NCBI GenBank assembly: GCA_965223705.1 | Contig: OZ245015.1 | Location: 4,256,001 to 4,320,000, forward strand | DNA from: Myxococcota bacterium | GTDB taxonomy: Bacteria; Myxococcota_A; UBA9160; UBA6930 | Length of the DNA: 64,000 nt | Direction of reading: 5' to 3' | In this document: positions 1-11,190 of the stretch, piece after piece | How positions within the stretch are numbered: the first letter of the stretch is position 1 | Layout: every line of letters starts with the position of its first letter | Made by a program: the position numbers and the translations under genes | Notes under the pieces: generated by a model | The model's input: only the letters and a program-made list of their open reading frames with translations | The model's database searches: none | What the model was told of the DNA's origin: nothing

Positions 1-2120
1 AATCCGATCCGGCGGTGCGTTCCGTCGAACCGAGTCCGCTCCAAAGTTTGGACGGAGCGCCCGTTGTTCGTGTCCACACGCGAATTCCCGGCGACGTCCC
101 GGGGCTCCGCGATCGCTTGATCCGGGCGGGCCTCCCGGTTTACGAGGCAGACGTCCGGTTCGCGCAGCGTTTCCTCATGGAGCGCGGCATCCGCGGAGCC
201 GTCTCGATTTGCGGCGCGGCGGAATCCGGTAGCGGGAGGGTCTCATTTCACAATCCCGAACTCAGTGGCGCACCGCCCTATCGTCCGTCGCTCACCTCGC
301 TTTCAATCGACATCGAAACGACTCCGGACGCGAAACGCGTTTTGTCGATCGCGCTCGTCGGCTGTGGGACCGAAGAAGTCTGGCTTGTCGCAGGCGCTCC
401 CGTTCAGGGTGCGCACTGCGTGCCGGATGAATCCGCGTTGCTGTCGGCGACGTTTCGGCGGTTTCAAGAACTCGATCCCGACCTCGTCCTGGGATGGAGC
501 GTGATCGACTTCGATCTTCGAGTCCTGGCGGAGCGAGCGCGCGCCCTCGGTGTTCCCGAGCGCTTCGGACGGGTTGCAGGTGAGACGCGCCTCTCTCGCG
601 ACCCGGGGTTTGCGCGCGGCATGCGAGCCGACATGCCGGGACGCATCGTCCTCGACGGCCTACCGGTCTGCCGTGAGGCGCTCCGCCTACCCGACTACCG
701 GCTCGACACCGTGGCCCGGGAGGTGCTCGGCCGCGGGAAGCTCATCACCGATACCGGACGAAGCAAAGCCGACGAGATCCAGCGTCAATATCGCGAAGAC
801 CCCGCGGCACTCGTCGCGTACAACCTGGAAGACGCACGCCTCGTCCCCGAGATTCTCGAGCACGAGGGGCTGCTCTCACTCTGCATCGAACGCAGTCTGC
901 TGTCGGGTATGCCCCTCGACCGCGTCAGCGCGAGCATCGCTTCGTTTGATCAGCTCTATCTCCCGGAGCTCAATCGTCGGGGACGCGTCGCAGGTTGCGT
1001 CGATGCGAGCCGAAAAGCCGCCGGCCTCGGCGGCGGCGCGGTTCTCGACGGTTCGCCGGGGCTCGCCGATGACGTCGCGCTGTTCGACTTCAAGAGCCTG
1101 TATCCGAGCTTGATCCGCACGTTCCACCTCGATCCCTTGGCGTTCGCCGAGGGACGCGACGACACCGATGCCGTACGCGCCCCGAACGGTGCGCGCTTCT
1201 CGCGGTGCGACGCGATTCTTCCCGAACTGATCGAGCGCATGATGGAGCGGCGGGAAGCCGCGAAAGCGCGCGGGGATCGCCACGCTGATCAGGCGATTAA
1301 AATCATGATGAATTCCCTCTACGGCGTTCTCGGCGCTTCGGCCTGTCGCTTTTTCGAGCCGGACATCGCGAATGCCATCACGAGTTTCGGCCAGCAAACA
1401 CTTCGTTGGACGCGCGATGCCTTCGAAGCGGCCGGGACCCGCGTGATCTACGGCGACACGGATTCCGTCTTTGTCGAGCTGGGCGAGCACTCGGCTGAAG
1501 CCCTTCGAGAACACGTCGAGTCCGCGATCCGCGCGCGTGTTCGCGACGACTACGGTGTCGAGCCGAAGCTCATCCTGGAACTCGAACGCGTCTTCGAACG
1601 CTTTTTTCTGCCCCGTGTGCGCGGCGGGAAGAGCGGAAGCAAGAAACGCTACGCGGGGTGGTCGGACGGAAAGCTCCACATCGCCGGGCTCGAAGCCGTC
1701 CGTCGCGATTGGCCCGAGCTCGGCAAGCGCCTCCAGCGCGGCCTCCTCGAGCGCCTCTTCCGCGACGAGCCCCTGCTGCCTTTCGCGGAGGAAATCGTCG
1801 GCGCGCTGCGGTCGGGCTCAGTCGATCGCGAACTCGTGTACGTCAAGCGGCTCCGCAAGGGCGAGGGGGAGTACACCAAGACCACGCCCCCCCACGTACA
1901 AGCCGCACGCAAGGCCGGGCTTCGCGGCGGCGTGGTCCGCTACGTCATCACCCAAAGCGGTCCGGAACCCGTCGTCGACGACGCGATCGTGCCGTCCGGA
2001 ATCGACTACAACCACTACGTCGAGCGCGTGCTGCGACCGATTGCGGACGCGATCCTCCCCGAAGTCGGCGAGACCTTCGCCACGGCGCTCGGCGAACCGA
2101 GCCAGCTCAGCCTGTTGTAG
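1..2120 (+). CDS. polB: DNA polymerase II (family B), 5' end probably outside the window
   Basis: Exo I SIDIET, DFKSLYPS, KIMMNSLYG, YGDTDS and KKRYAG motifs; C-terminal QLSLL beta-clamp motif; frame open back to the window edge. Confidence 0.93.
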   Translation, partial: SDPAVRSVEPSPLQSLDGAPVVRVHTRIPGDVPGLRDRLIRAGLPVYEADVRFAQRFLMERGIRGAVSICGAAESGSGRVSFHNPELSGAPPYRPSLTSLSIDIETTPDAKRVLSIALVGCGTEEVWLVAGAPVQGAHCVPDESALLSATFRRFQELDPDLVLGWSVIDFDLRVLAERARALGVPERFGRVAGETRLSRDPGFARGMRADMPGRIVLDGLPVCREALRLPDYRLDTVAREVLGRGKLITDTGRSKADEIQRQYREDPAALVAYNLEDARLVPEILEHEGLLSLCIERSLLSGMPLDRVSASIASFDQLYLPELNRRGRVAGCVDASRKAAGLGGGAVLDGSPGLADDVALFDFKSLYPSLIRTFHLDPLAFAEGRDDTDAVRAPNGARFSRCDAILPELIERMMERREAAKARGDRHADQAIKIMMNSLYGVLGASACRFFEPDIANAITSFGQQTLRWTRDAFEAAGTRVIYGDTDSVFVELGEHSAEALREHVESAIRARVRDDYGVEPKLILELERVFERFFLPRVRGGKSGSKKRYAGWSDGKLHIAGLEAVRRDWPELGKRLQRGLLERLFRDEPLLPFAEEIVGALRSGSVDRELVYVKRLRKGEGEYTKTTPPHVQAARKAGLRGGVVRYVITQSGPEPVVDDAIVPSGIDYNHYVERVLRPIADAILPEVGETFATALGEPSQLSLL

Positions 2121-2132
2121 GTTCGGCGCTGT

Positions 2133-3008
2133 CTACGTCGCGCGAGCGAGAAAATCGCGAATCGCGCGATTCGTAGATTGCGGGTTCTCCTCGTGCATGA
2201 GATGCGAGGCATCCTCGATCTCGACGCGCGAAACGTTCGGGACAAGCTCCTCGAGTCGATCCGTCAGTCGAAGGAGCCACGCGGGGCTGCGGACTCCGGT
2301 CACCAGCAGCACGGGAACGCCGAGAGCTCGGAGATCCCGCTTGGAGAGCGGGGGAAAAGAATCGTCGCCGGTGAGGAACTCCCGGAGCGGTGCCCAGTTG
2401 TCGCGGACTTGTTGCTGCCGCTCCGGCGGTAGATCGTCGAGACCCCGGCCGGAGAGAGCAGCTCCGGCAAACGCCCGCAGCGCAGCCTCTTCGTCACCCG
2501 CCGCGACCGATCGCTGAACCTGCTGCACGATCCTGCCAAAAGACATGATGCCGAGCGCTGTGCGCGGGTGCGTCGCGAGAAGCGAAAGAAGCTCCAGCGG
2601 TTTGGGCGGCGTGCTGACGTACAACGACACGACCGGTGGCTCCTCGAGGGTGAGCGACCGGACGAGGCCCGGGTGCGCAAGCGCGGTGAGAAGCGCGATG
2701 AATGCACCTGACGAGTTTCCGACCAAATGAGCAGGCGCTGCGACGACTCCTTTGAGAAACGCTGCGAGGTCATCCGCGTGCGTCATCCATGGGTCGCCAG
2801 CTCCACGGCGAACCGGCTCGTTGGGTCTCGCGTAGCGCCGGCTGAGCGAGATCGCGCGGTGGGTCGTCGAGAACTCGCTGACCTGGTGAGACCAGGTGCG
2901 GAGGTCGCTGATCGCGCCGTGCACGAAGACGATCGGATCACCGCGCCCGGACTCGACGCAGGCGAGCGTCGTGCCGTTGACCGATACGGCCGTGGCGGAC
3001 TCGAACAC
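2133..3008 (-). CDS. alpha/beta fold hydrolase
   Basis: FVHG oxyanion motif, GNSSG nucleophile elbow, C-terminal catalytic His (ASHLMH); start could be the GTG at 3008 or 3032. Confidence 0.85.
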   Translation of the reverse strand: MFESATAVSVNGTTLACVESGRGDPIVFVHGAISDLRTWSHQVSEFSTTHRAISLSRRYARPNEPVRRGAGDPWMTHADDLAAFLKGVVAAPAHLVGNSSGAFIALLTALAHPGLVRSLTLEEPPVVSLYVSTPPKPLELLSLLATHPRTALGIMSFGRIVQQVQRSVAAGDEEAALRAFAGAALSGRGLDDLPPERQQQVRDNWAPLREFLTGDDSFPPLSKRDLRALGVPVLLVTGVRSPAWLLRLTDRLEELVPNVSRVEIEDASHLMHEENPQSTNRAIRDFLARAT

Positions 3009-3010
3009 GT

Positions 3011-3568
3011 TTACTGGGACGGAACCGCGCACGCCTCGCCGACCGTATCGAGGCCGAGGACTGCGCAGAAGCGTCCGTACCCGACGAACATCGAGATCCG
3101 CCAGCCGAGTGTCATGATCTCGCGCTCGGTGAAGTGCTCGCGCAAATCGTCGAAAAGTTCTTCCGAGGCTTTGTGGTGATCGCCGGCCAGGATGTCCGCG
3201 AAACGGAGCGCCGCTTTTTCTCGCTCGTCGAAGGCGTCGCCTTGGGGATCAGTCCGGATCGCCGCTACCAACTCATCCGTTACGCCTTGCTGCCTCGCCG
3301 AGGCATACACGACGCCTTGTCACAAATAACACTCGTTGTGGAGCGCGACGCGGTGGCGAACGATTTCGGTCAGCTTGAGGCTGATGTCGCCTTCGTCCGT
3401 CATGATGTGGTCGTAGTAGAAGCCCGCGAAATCTTTGTAGAGCTCGGGTGAATGGGCGAAGACCTGGATCCACTCGTTGCCGCCGAGCGCGTTCGTCGAA
3501 GCTTTCATGAGCTCCCGAACGCCTTCGTCCATTTGGTCAACCGGAACCTTGCTGACGCGGTGATGCAT
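3011..3568 (-). CDS. AhpD/carboxymuconolactone decarboxylase family protein, probable selenoprotein (CxxU, in-frame UGA at 3320-3322)
   Basis: ORFs 3320..3592 and 3011..3310 are in the same frame, joined as HNECYL-TGA-QGVVYASARQQG; both halves are CMD-like (LTEIVRHRVALHNEC; FDEREKAALRFAD; LREHFTEREI); GGAGG precedes ATG 3568. Confidence 0.85.
3291..3319 (-). promoter_or_regulatory. candidate bacterial SECIS element
   Basis: Hairpin UGCCUC-GGC-GAGGCA 15-29 nt downstream of the in-frame UGA, with G at the start of the apical loop. Confidence 0.6.
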
Positions 3569-3588
3569 GGCGTACCTCCGTGGCTGCA

Positions 3589-4359
3589 TCATACGCCGAT
3601 CGATGGATTTCGTGGAAACTCAGACGACGCACACTGCGTGAGATACCACGGCTCGATGTACTCGAGCAGATTCAGATCGTGGTTGATCATGCAGATGTGG
3701 CCATACCCTTCGAGGATACGCGCGGTGCCGCGCGGCGCGCGAGCTGCCATGAAGCGCGCCTCCGAAACCGACGGCACGAGCCGATCGCGATCGCCCGCCA
3801 AAAACAAGGCCGGGGGCCGCAGCTTCGCGAGCTCCTGTCGCACGTCATAAGTCTGGAGGATTCGGAGGCGTTGCAGGTAACCCGCCTTGCCGATTTGCTT
3901 CGAGCGCTCGTGGAACTCACGAAGATCTTCTGGCGCAGCGTGGGGGCTGTGGAGTTTCGACTCGGTGAAGCGGCGCACCAAGGGCATCGCACCCCAGGGC
4001 ATCGCCCGGAGAAGCAGCGGCCCCAAAAGGAGCTTCAAGCGCTGGTGGACCCGCGAGAAGGAGTTCACGATCACGAGGCCGCGCAGCCGCTCCGGGCGAG
4101 CGAGGGCGAAGCTGAGACTGAGGGCGCCGCCGAAGGACTCCCCACACAGAAGAACCTCGGGGCCCGCCACTTGATCGAGCAGTTTTTCCAAATCGTCGAT
4201 CAGACCGGCCATGTCCATCGAGGCGTCGTCGGGAAGAGGAAAAGCGACCACGTTGAAGCGCTTCGCCAGTAGGGGCACTTGGCGGTAAAACATCAGAGCT
4301 GTGCCATCGAGGCCCGGGACCATCACCAGGGTCGGCGCCGGATCGGATCGATCCGTCAA
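3589..4359 (-). CDS. alpha/beta fold hydrolase
   Basis: PGLDGT, GESFGG nucleophile motif, GDRD, GYGH; TTG start overlaps the upstream stop. Confidence 0.85.
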   Translation of the reverse strand: MTDRSDPAPTLVMVPGLDGTALMFYRQVPLLAKRFNVVAFPLPDDASMDMAGLIDDLEKLLDQVAGPEVLLCGESFGGALSLSFALARPERLRGLVIVNSFSRVHQRLKLLLGPLLLRAMPWGAMPLVRRFTESKLHSPHAAPEDLREFHERSKQIGKAGYLQRLRILQTYDVRQELAKLRPPALFLAGDRDRLVPSVSEARFMAARAPRGTARILEGYGHICMINHDLNLLEYIEPWYLTQCASSEFPRNPSIGV

Positions 4360-5117
4360 TGGACGCCTCCCGAATCCTGGCGATCGCGCGAGATCTTGCG
4401 CGCCGGGATCCCGGCGTAGCTGCTGTGGCCGTCGAGCTGCTGAAACTTGGTCACCGCCGAGAGAGCGCCGATCTGACACTCGGGGCCCGCCTCGACGCCG
4501 ATTTCGACGTTCGCGCCGACGCCGACCGTCACTCCCCGAGCCAACCGCACCGGTGCCGTCTTCCAGAGGCCGCGTTCCACCGTGTGCCCCGAGAGATGGA
4601 CACCTCCTCCGATGACGACGTCGTCACCGAACTCGAGCAGACAGTGATCGGTGACGTCGAGTGAGTTGATCCAGACGCGGCGGCCGAGTTTCGCGCCGTT
4701 CAGGCGCATGTAGAAGACCCAGAGCGGTGTCGTGCGGAGAAACGTCCCGACCAGAATGCGCACGAGGTGGAACGACACGGTGTAGCGGATCCAGTCGAGG
4801 AGAGGCCACGGGAAGGTCGCGATCGGAACCTCCATGCCGGGCGGGGGTCGCCAACCGAAAAGCCTCATGGCCAGCGCGGAAAGACCCATGAAGAAAACCG
4901 CAAAGACCACGTAGGCGGGAATCGCCGCCATGGCCAAGACCACGACCTCGAGTGCGGGGGGTGTCAGGTCCCAACTCGTGTGCCAGCGCCAGAAGAAAGC
5001 GGCGGGCAGAATCGACAAGCCGAAGACGATGCTCTCGACCACGAAGAGGGATGCCACGCACCACGCGACGCGGATCCTCGTCGCCCACCGCTGCCGAGCT
5101 CGGTTCTCGGAACCCAC
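4356..5117 (-). CDS. membrane-anchored hexapeptide-repeat (left-handed beta-helix) acyltransferase-like protein
   Basis: Two N-terminal TM segments, then GAKLGRRVWI, FGDDVVIGGG and GVTVGVGANV repeats and YAGIPA; GGAGG before the GTG. Confidence 0.75.
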   Translation of the reverse strand: MGSENRARQRWATRIRVAWCVASLFVVESIVFGLSILPAAFFWRWHTSWDLTPPALEVVVLAMAAIPAYVVFAVFFMGLSALAMRLFGWRPPPGMEVPIATFPWPLLDWIRYTVSFHLVRILVGTFLRTTPLWVFYMRLNGAKLGRRVWINSLDVTDHCLLEFGDDVVIGGGVHLSGHTVERGLWKTAPVRLARGVTVGVGANVEIGVEAGPECQIGALSAVTKFQQLDGHSSYAGIPARKISRDRQDSGGVH

Positions 5118-5181
5118 GGTCCCTCCACAAAATGAATCTGAGCTCGGCGAGCCGTATGTCAACCGACGCAGCTGCAACGAG

Positions 5182-5221
5182 AAAAGGCCCCGAAGCAAAG
5201 TGCCTCGGGGCCTTTCGTTTT
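5182..5221. terminator. intrinsic terminator downstream of groEL (possibly bidirectional)
   Basis: aaaggccccga...tcggggccttt stem flanked by A and T tracts. Confidence 0.8.
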
Positions 5222-5256
5222 CGCGACATAGGCTCGCGATGTAGACGGCGGAGCCG

Positions 5257-6927
<1,671 letters not shown>

Positions 6928-7215
6928 CTACTCGAGCACCGCGAGGACGTCGTCTTCGCGCATGATCAGGTGTTCTTCTCCGTCGAGCTTGACCTCGGAG
7001 CCGGAGTACTTGCTGAAGAGCACTCGGTCACCGGCCTTCACGTCGAGGGGCGTGACTTTTCCGTCCTCGCTCACCTTGCCGTTGCCGACGGCCACTACCT
7101 TGCCCTCTTGGGGCTTTTCCTTCGCGCTATCCGGAATGATGATGCCGCCCGAGGTCGTCTCTTCTTCCTCGATTCGCTGCACCAAGATCCGATCGTGAAG
7201 GGGTCGGATTTTCAT
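6928..7215 (-). CDS. groES: co-chaperonin GroES
   Basis: [12 protein letters not shown]...[23 protein letters not shown] before ATG 7215. Confidence 0.98.
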   Translation of the reverse strand: MKIRPLHDRILVQRIEEEETTSGGIIIPDSAKEKPQEGKVVAVGNGKVSEDGKVTPLDVKAGDRVLFSKYSGSEVKLDGEEHLIMREDDVLAVLE

Positions 7216-7436
7216 CCTTTCGTCTCCCTCCGCCAGCGCCTGTTCGGGGCGACTGGCTCTGTGGGGGCCCGTGGGTTGGGGCATCCCTCTTTTTGTTCTG
7301 CGTAGTCTTCTTGCGGTCGCGAAAGCGTACCCACGACGGAGCGTGGGCCTCCCGAACCGGCTTCCTCTTGTCCTAAGCACGACCCAGGCCCGGTCAAGCC
7401 CGCTGCCCAAAAAAAGAAAGAGGCGGCGGCGAGCCA

Positions 7437-7542
7437 GTCGCCTTCCGGCGATTGCGGAGCTGAGAAGCGAGTCGGGTATCTTACACCGCCTGGGGTCAGG
7501 CCTGGGGGGCCGACTCGTTTTTTTCTCCGCGGCGAAGGTGAT
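7437..7542 (+). promoter_or_regulatory. long rod-like stem-loop in the hemF leader that covers the SD
   Basis: Nested pairings gtcgccttc/gaaggtgat, ttgcggag/ctccgcgg, agaagcgagtcgg/ccgactcgttttt, gcctg/caggc; many G-U pairs on the + strand. Confidence 0.5.
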
Positions 7543-7544
7543 CG

Positions 7545-8489
7545 ATGCCCCAAAGCCCTGCGAGCACTCCGGAGGCGGCTCCCGTCGAGGCCTCTCTCGC
7601 TTCCCTACAGGACCAAATTTGCACGGCTTTTGAGGATCTCGACGGGACTGCCCGCTTCCGCGACGACGAGATGGAGGCGCCCGGTGGAGGGCGATCGGCC
7701 CCACGGGTCCTCGAGGCGGGGGAGGTTTTCGAGAAAGCGGCGGTAAATTTCACCCACGCCCGTGGCGACGCGCTGCCCGCCGCCGCGACCGAGCGGCGGC
7801 CGGAGCTCGCCGGCGCCGCTTTCGAGGCGGTCTCCCTCTCGCTGATCGCCCACCCCCTGAACCCGCATGCGCCGACCTCGCACATGAACCTGCGGTTCTT
7901 CATCGCGCACCCGTCGGGGCGGGATCCGGTCTGGTGGTTCGGGGGCGGCTTCGACTTGACGCCCTTCTACGGGTACGAGGAAGACGCCCGCCATTGGCAC
8001 GCCACGTCCCGCGACGCGTGCGCTCCCTTCGGCCCCGAGGCCTATCCGCGCTTCAAGCGCTGGTGCGACGAGTATTTTTTTCTCCACCACCGCGGCGAGG
8101 CCCGAGGCATCGGCGGTCTTTTCTTCGACGATTTGTGCGAACCCGATTTCGAGAGCTGCTTCGCGTTCGTCACCAGCGTCGGCGACCACTACCTCCCGGC
8201 GTACCTCCCGATCGTCGAGCGCCGCAAGGATCTGCCCTGGGGCGAGCGGGAGCGGCGGTTCCAGCTGCTGCGTCGCGGCCGCTACGTGGAGTTCAACCTC
8301 GTGCACGATCGCGGCACACTGTACGGCCTGCAGTCCGGGCGGCGCGTCGAGGCCGTCCTCGCGTCTCTTCCGCCGCTGGTCCGGTGGCACTACGACGAGC
8401 GACCCGACGAGGGCACCGCCGAAGCTGCGCTCGCGGCGTTCCTCGAGCCACGCGACTGGCTGGCTAGTTCTCCAGGCGGCGGCGGGTAA
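7545..8489 (+). CDS. hemF: oxygen-dependent coproporphyrinogen III oxidase
   Basis: [49 protein letters not shown]. Confidence 0.97.
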   Translation: MPQSPASTPEAAPVEASLASLQDQICTAFEDLDGTARFRDDEMEAPGGGRSAPRVLEAGEVFEKAAVNFTHARGDALPAAATERRPELAGAAFEAVSLSLIAHPLNPHAPTSHMNLRFFIAHPSGRDPVWWFGGGFDLTPFYGYEEDARHWHATSRDACAPFGPEAYPRFKRWCDEYFFLHHRGEARGIGGLFFDDLCEPDFESCFAFVTSVGDHYLPAYLPIVERRKDLPWGERERRFQLLRRGRYVEFNLVHDRGTLYGLQSGRRVEAVLASLPPLVRWHYDERPDEGTAEAALAAFLEPRDWLASSPGGGG

Positions 8490-9234
8490 CCCCGGCGGCG
8501 ACCCACAACAAGACGCCCGACAGCCCGAGGATGTAGAGCGCGTCCCAGACCATCGTCCACCCGATCTGCCCCGTGGCGAGCCCGCGCATCATTCTCACCG
8601 GATGAAGCAGGGGCAGGACTTCCGCAACCCACAACCAACCGCCGGCGAGGCGTTCGGCCAAGGGGAAGAACACGTCCGAGAACAAGAAGAGCGGCGTGAG
8701 GAACAACGTGAAGAAGAAGCTCACGAATTCGATGGTGGGGACCGCGAGCGTGAATGCGTAGGCGATCGCGGCGAACAGCAAGCCCGTCAACGGAATGACG
8801 AGAAGTGCGCCGGGGACAGCAGAGAGCGGGACGTAACCCAGGGCGACGACCGCCACGAGGAAACAGACGCCGTAGATCGAAGCTCGGGTCATCGCCCATA
8901 ACACTTCGCCCGCGAGCACGTCTTCCGGCTGAACGGGCGTCGTCAACATCGCCGCGTAAGCCTTTTCAAAATTCAGTCGGACGTACGCGTTGTACGTCCC
9001 TTCGTAGCTCGCGCCGTTCATCGCGGAAACGCAGACGAGAGCCGGCGCGAGAAAAGCGACGTACGACATTCCCGCCATGCCGGAGACATAGCTCCCGAGC
9101 CCGATGCCGAGCGCCCACAAGTAGAAAACGGGCTCGAAGAAGTTCGGCAAGATGTTGAGCCGCCAGGTTCGGCGGTAGAGCGCGAGGTTGCGACGCCAGA
9201 CCGAGAGCGCGTGAGGGGGCGACGGAAAACTCAT
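8464..9234 (-). CDS. ABC-2 type exporter permease (NodJ-like)
   Basis: Six TM segments, [19 protein letters not shown]. Confidence 0.88.
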   Translation of the reverse strand: MSFPSPPHALSVWRRNLALYRRTWRLNILPNFFEPVFYLWALGIGLGSYVSGMAGMSYVAFLAPALVCVSAMNGASYEGTYNAYVRLNFEKAYAAMLTTPVQPEDVLAGEVLWAMTRASIYGVCFLVAVVALGYVPLSAVPGALLVIPLTGLLFAAIAYAFTLAVPTIEFVSFFFTLFLTPLFLFSDVFFPLAERLAGGWLWVAEVLPLLHPVRMMRGLATGQIGWTMVWDALYILGLSGVLLWVAAGVTRRRLEN

Positions 9235-10169
9235 CGCCGTTCCCCGAGCCCTGTGCCGGTCAGCGCCAGGAATACGTCCTCGAGGTGGGTCGGTCTCAGG
9301 GTCGCGCGATCGAGCGCTTCCCGGAGTGATGCGATCTCCCCGAGCTCCCGTCGCAAGCTCGCCGCATCGTTCGCGAACAGGGTCAGCCGCGCACCCGAAC
9401 GCAGTCGCGCCGCTTCGGGAACGCGCGCCCCGATCGCCGATTCGAGTTGTGGCGACAGATCGAGCTCGAGCGCCTCGGCCGCGAGATGCTTGGCGATCAG
9501 TTCCTCGGAGGCACCTTCAGCGATGATGCGCCCCGCGTCCATGACGGCGACGCGGTCGCAAAGTCGCTGCGCCTCTTCCATGTAGTGGGTCGTCAACAAG
9601 ACCGTCGTACCGCCGTCGCGCAGCGCGCGGATGCGTTCCCAGAGCGCGGCGCGAACGGCAGGATCGAGACCCGTGGTCGGTTCGTCGAGAATCAACAACT
9701 CGGGCGCGTTCATCAACGAACGCGCGACGGCGACACGGCGCTGATAGCCCCCGGACAAGCGCCGCACGGGAACTTCCGCGTGCGAGCGCAGCTCGAGAAA
9801 ATCGAGCAGTTCCGGGATGCGGCGCTCGAGATCCGAGCTCGTGAGCTGGTAGTAACGCCCGAACACCCGCAGGTTCTCGACCGGTGACAGGTCTTCGATC
9901 AACGCGTTTTCCTGGAGGGTGACGCCGAGTCGGGCGCGTACCGCGCGGGTTCTGTGCTGGATGTTCTGCCCGAAGACCCGGACCTCACCCGCGCTCGGCG
10001 GCGTGACCCCGTAGATCATGCGCAACGCCGTGGTCTTACCCGCTCCGTTCGGACCGAGCAGAGCGAAACAGGCGCCCCGCCCCACACCGAGCTCGAGTCC
10101 GTCGACCGCGAGGCGATCGCCGAACCGCTTGCTGACGCCGATGCACTGAACGACGTGGTGGGAGCTCAT
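9231..10169 (-). CDS. ABC exporter ATP-binding protein (NodI-like)
   Basis: [30 protein letters not shown]. Confidence 0.92.
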   Translation of the reverse strand: MSSHHVVQCIGVSKRFGDRLAVDGLELGVGRGACFALLGPNGAGKTTALRMIYGVTPPSAGEVRVFGQNIQHRTRAVRARLGVTLQENALIEDLSPVENLRVFGRYYQLTSSDLERRIPELLDFLELRSHAEVPVRRLSGGYQRRVAVARSLMNAPELLILDEPTTGLDPAVRAALWERIRALRDGGTTVLLTTHYMEEAQRLCDRVAVMDAGRIIAEGASEELIAKHLAAEALELDLSPQLESAIGARVPEAARLRSGARLTLFANDAASLRRELGEIASLREALDRATLRPTHLEDVFLALTGTGLGERR

Positions 10170-10175
10170 GACACC

Positions 10176-11138
10176 TCATGGCGCCTGTTTCTTGCGGAGC
10201 GCCTCAAGAGATTCTCGGAAACGTTCGCATGGATCGCGAAGGTCGTGTCGCGGCGTCCACCAGACGAAGTCGGCCGAGAACATTTCCTCGAGTTCGCGGT
10301 AGTCCGGTTCGCCGCGGCGTTCCGGGTCGACCGAGGCGAAGTGAAGCGTCGCGATCCCGGCGCGGTCCTCCCGGGGGTCGACGCGCAGCTGGTAGGGAAC
10401 GCCGCGGTCTCGGCGGGCGTGCCCCTGCCCCGTCACGAGAATCCGCTGCGGGGCGTGATGACCTTCGAGCGATAACGCCAACCGGGCATCGCGCGCGCGT
10501 TGCACCGCGACCATTCGCGCAACCCCGCTCTCATCGAGCACCCCGCAATGCGCGTTGCGGATCACCTCCGCCAGTGCGGAAGCGTGCGTGGGCGCGAGCT
10601 CGTGGCTCGTCGGCATCCTGTCGCGAGGCGTGCTGCGGGGGAGATTCGCGGCCCGGGGTTCGAGTTCGAGCTGCAGGAGCGTCTCGAAGAGCGGCCTCCA
10701 CAGCGGGCGGCTTCCCCACCCGAGGGCATCCCAGCTCACCGCGTCATAAAAAGCGGCCAGGTCGCGATTCCCGCTCTTCCAGTAGTGACGCAGCTCGGGC
10801 GCGCGGTCGATCGCGAACATTTCGAGGAAAACCGCGGGGCGACGCCCACCGGCTGCGAGTTCCGCGATGACGCGCGCTTCCAGTCGGTGGTGGTCGGGGT
10901 GATCGTGCTGCTCGCCGAGGATGACGAAGGTCGCGCGTCTCAGCTCGCGAAACAGCGTGTCGGCGTCGATCCACTGTTCTCGGTTCAGGTCGGCGATGCG
11001 GCCGACCCACGGATGATCGAGATCATGCGCGGCGCGCCAGGCCTCACCTTCCCCGGAAGCGGGCGCCGCGCACCAAGCAATCGCCAGTAGGCACGCGATT
11101 GCAATCCAACAACGGTTTCGGTCGCGCGAAAAAGCCAC
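10176..11138 (-). CDS. ChaN-family exported protein (putative heme binding)
   Basis: Signal peptide; ILGEQHDHPDHH, LEMF, AANLPR, HCG, QRARD, GQGHAR motifs. Confidence 0.8.
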   Translation of the reverse strand: MAFSRDRNRCWIAIACLLAIAWCAAPASGEGEAWRAAHDLDHPWVGRIADLNREQWIDADTLFRELRRATFVILGEQHDHPDHHRLEARVIAELAAGGRRPAVFLEMFAIDRAPELRHYWKSGNRDLAAFYDAVSWDALGWGSRPLWRPLFETLLQLELEPRAANLPRSTPRDRMPTSHELAPTHASALAEVIRNAHCGVLDESGVARMVAVQRARDARLALSLEGHHAPQRILVTGQGHARRDRGVPYQLRVDPREDRAGIATLHFASVDPERRGEPDYRELEEMFSADFVWWTPRHDLRDPCERFRESLEALRKKQAP

Positions 11139-11190
11139 GACGGCAGCCTAGGTCCGGCCGAGGTTCTGCGCTCGCGCACTTCGGACCTAA

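Noticed and set aside
1..2120. Family B polymerase as a sign of a phage or pipolin
   Set aside because: Has Pol II features with a beta-clamp motif, and no mobile-element genes lie nearby
7216..7400. CIRCE (HrcA) element upstream of groES
   Set aside because: No TTAGCACTC-N9-GAGTGCTAA match; only a partial gtgctta
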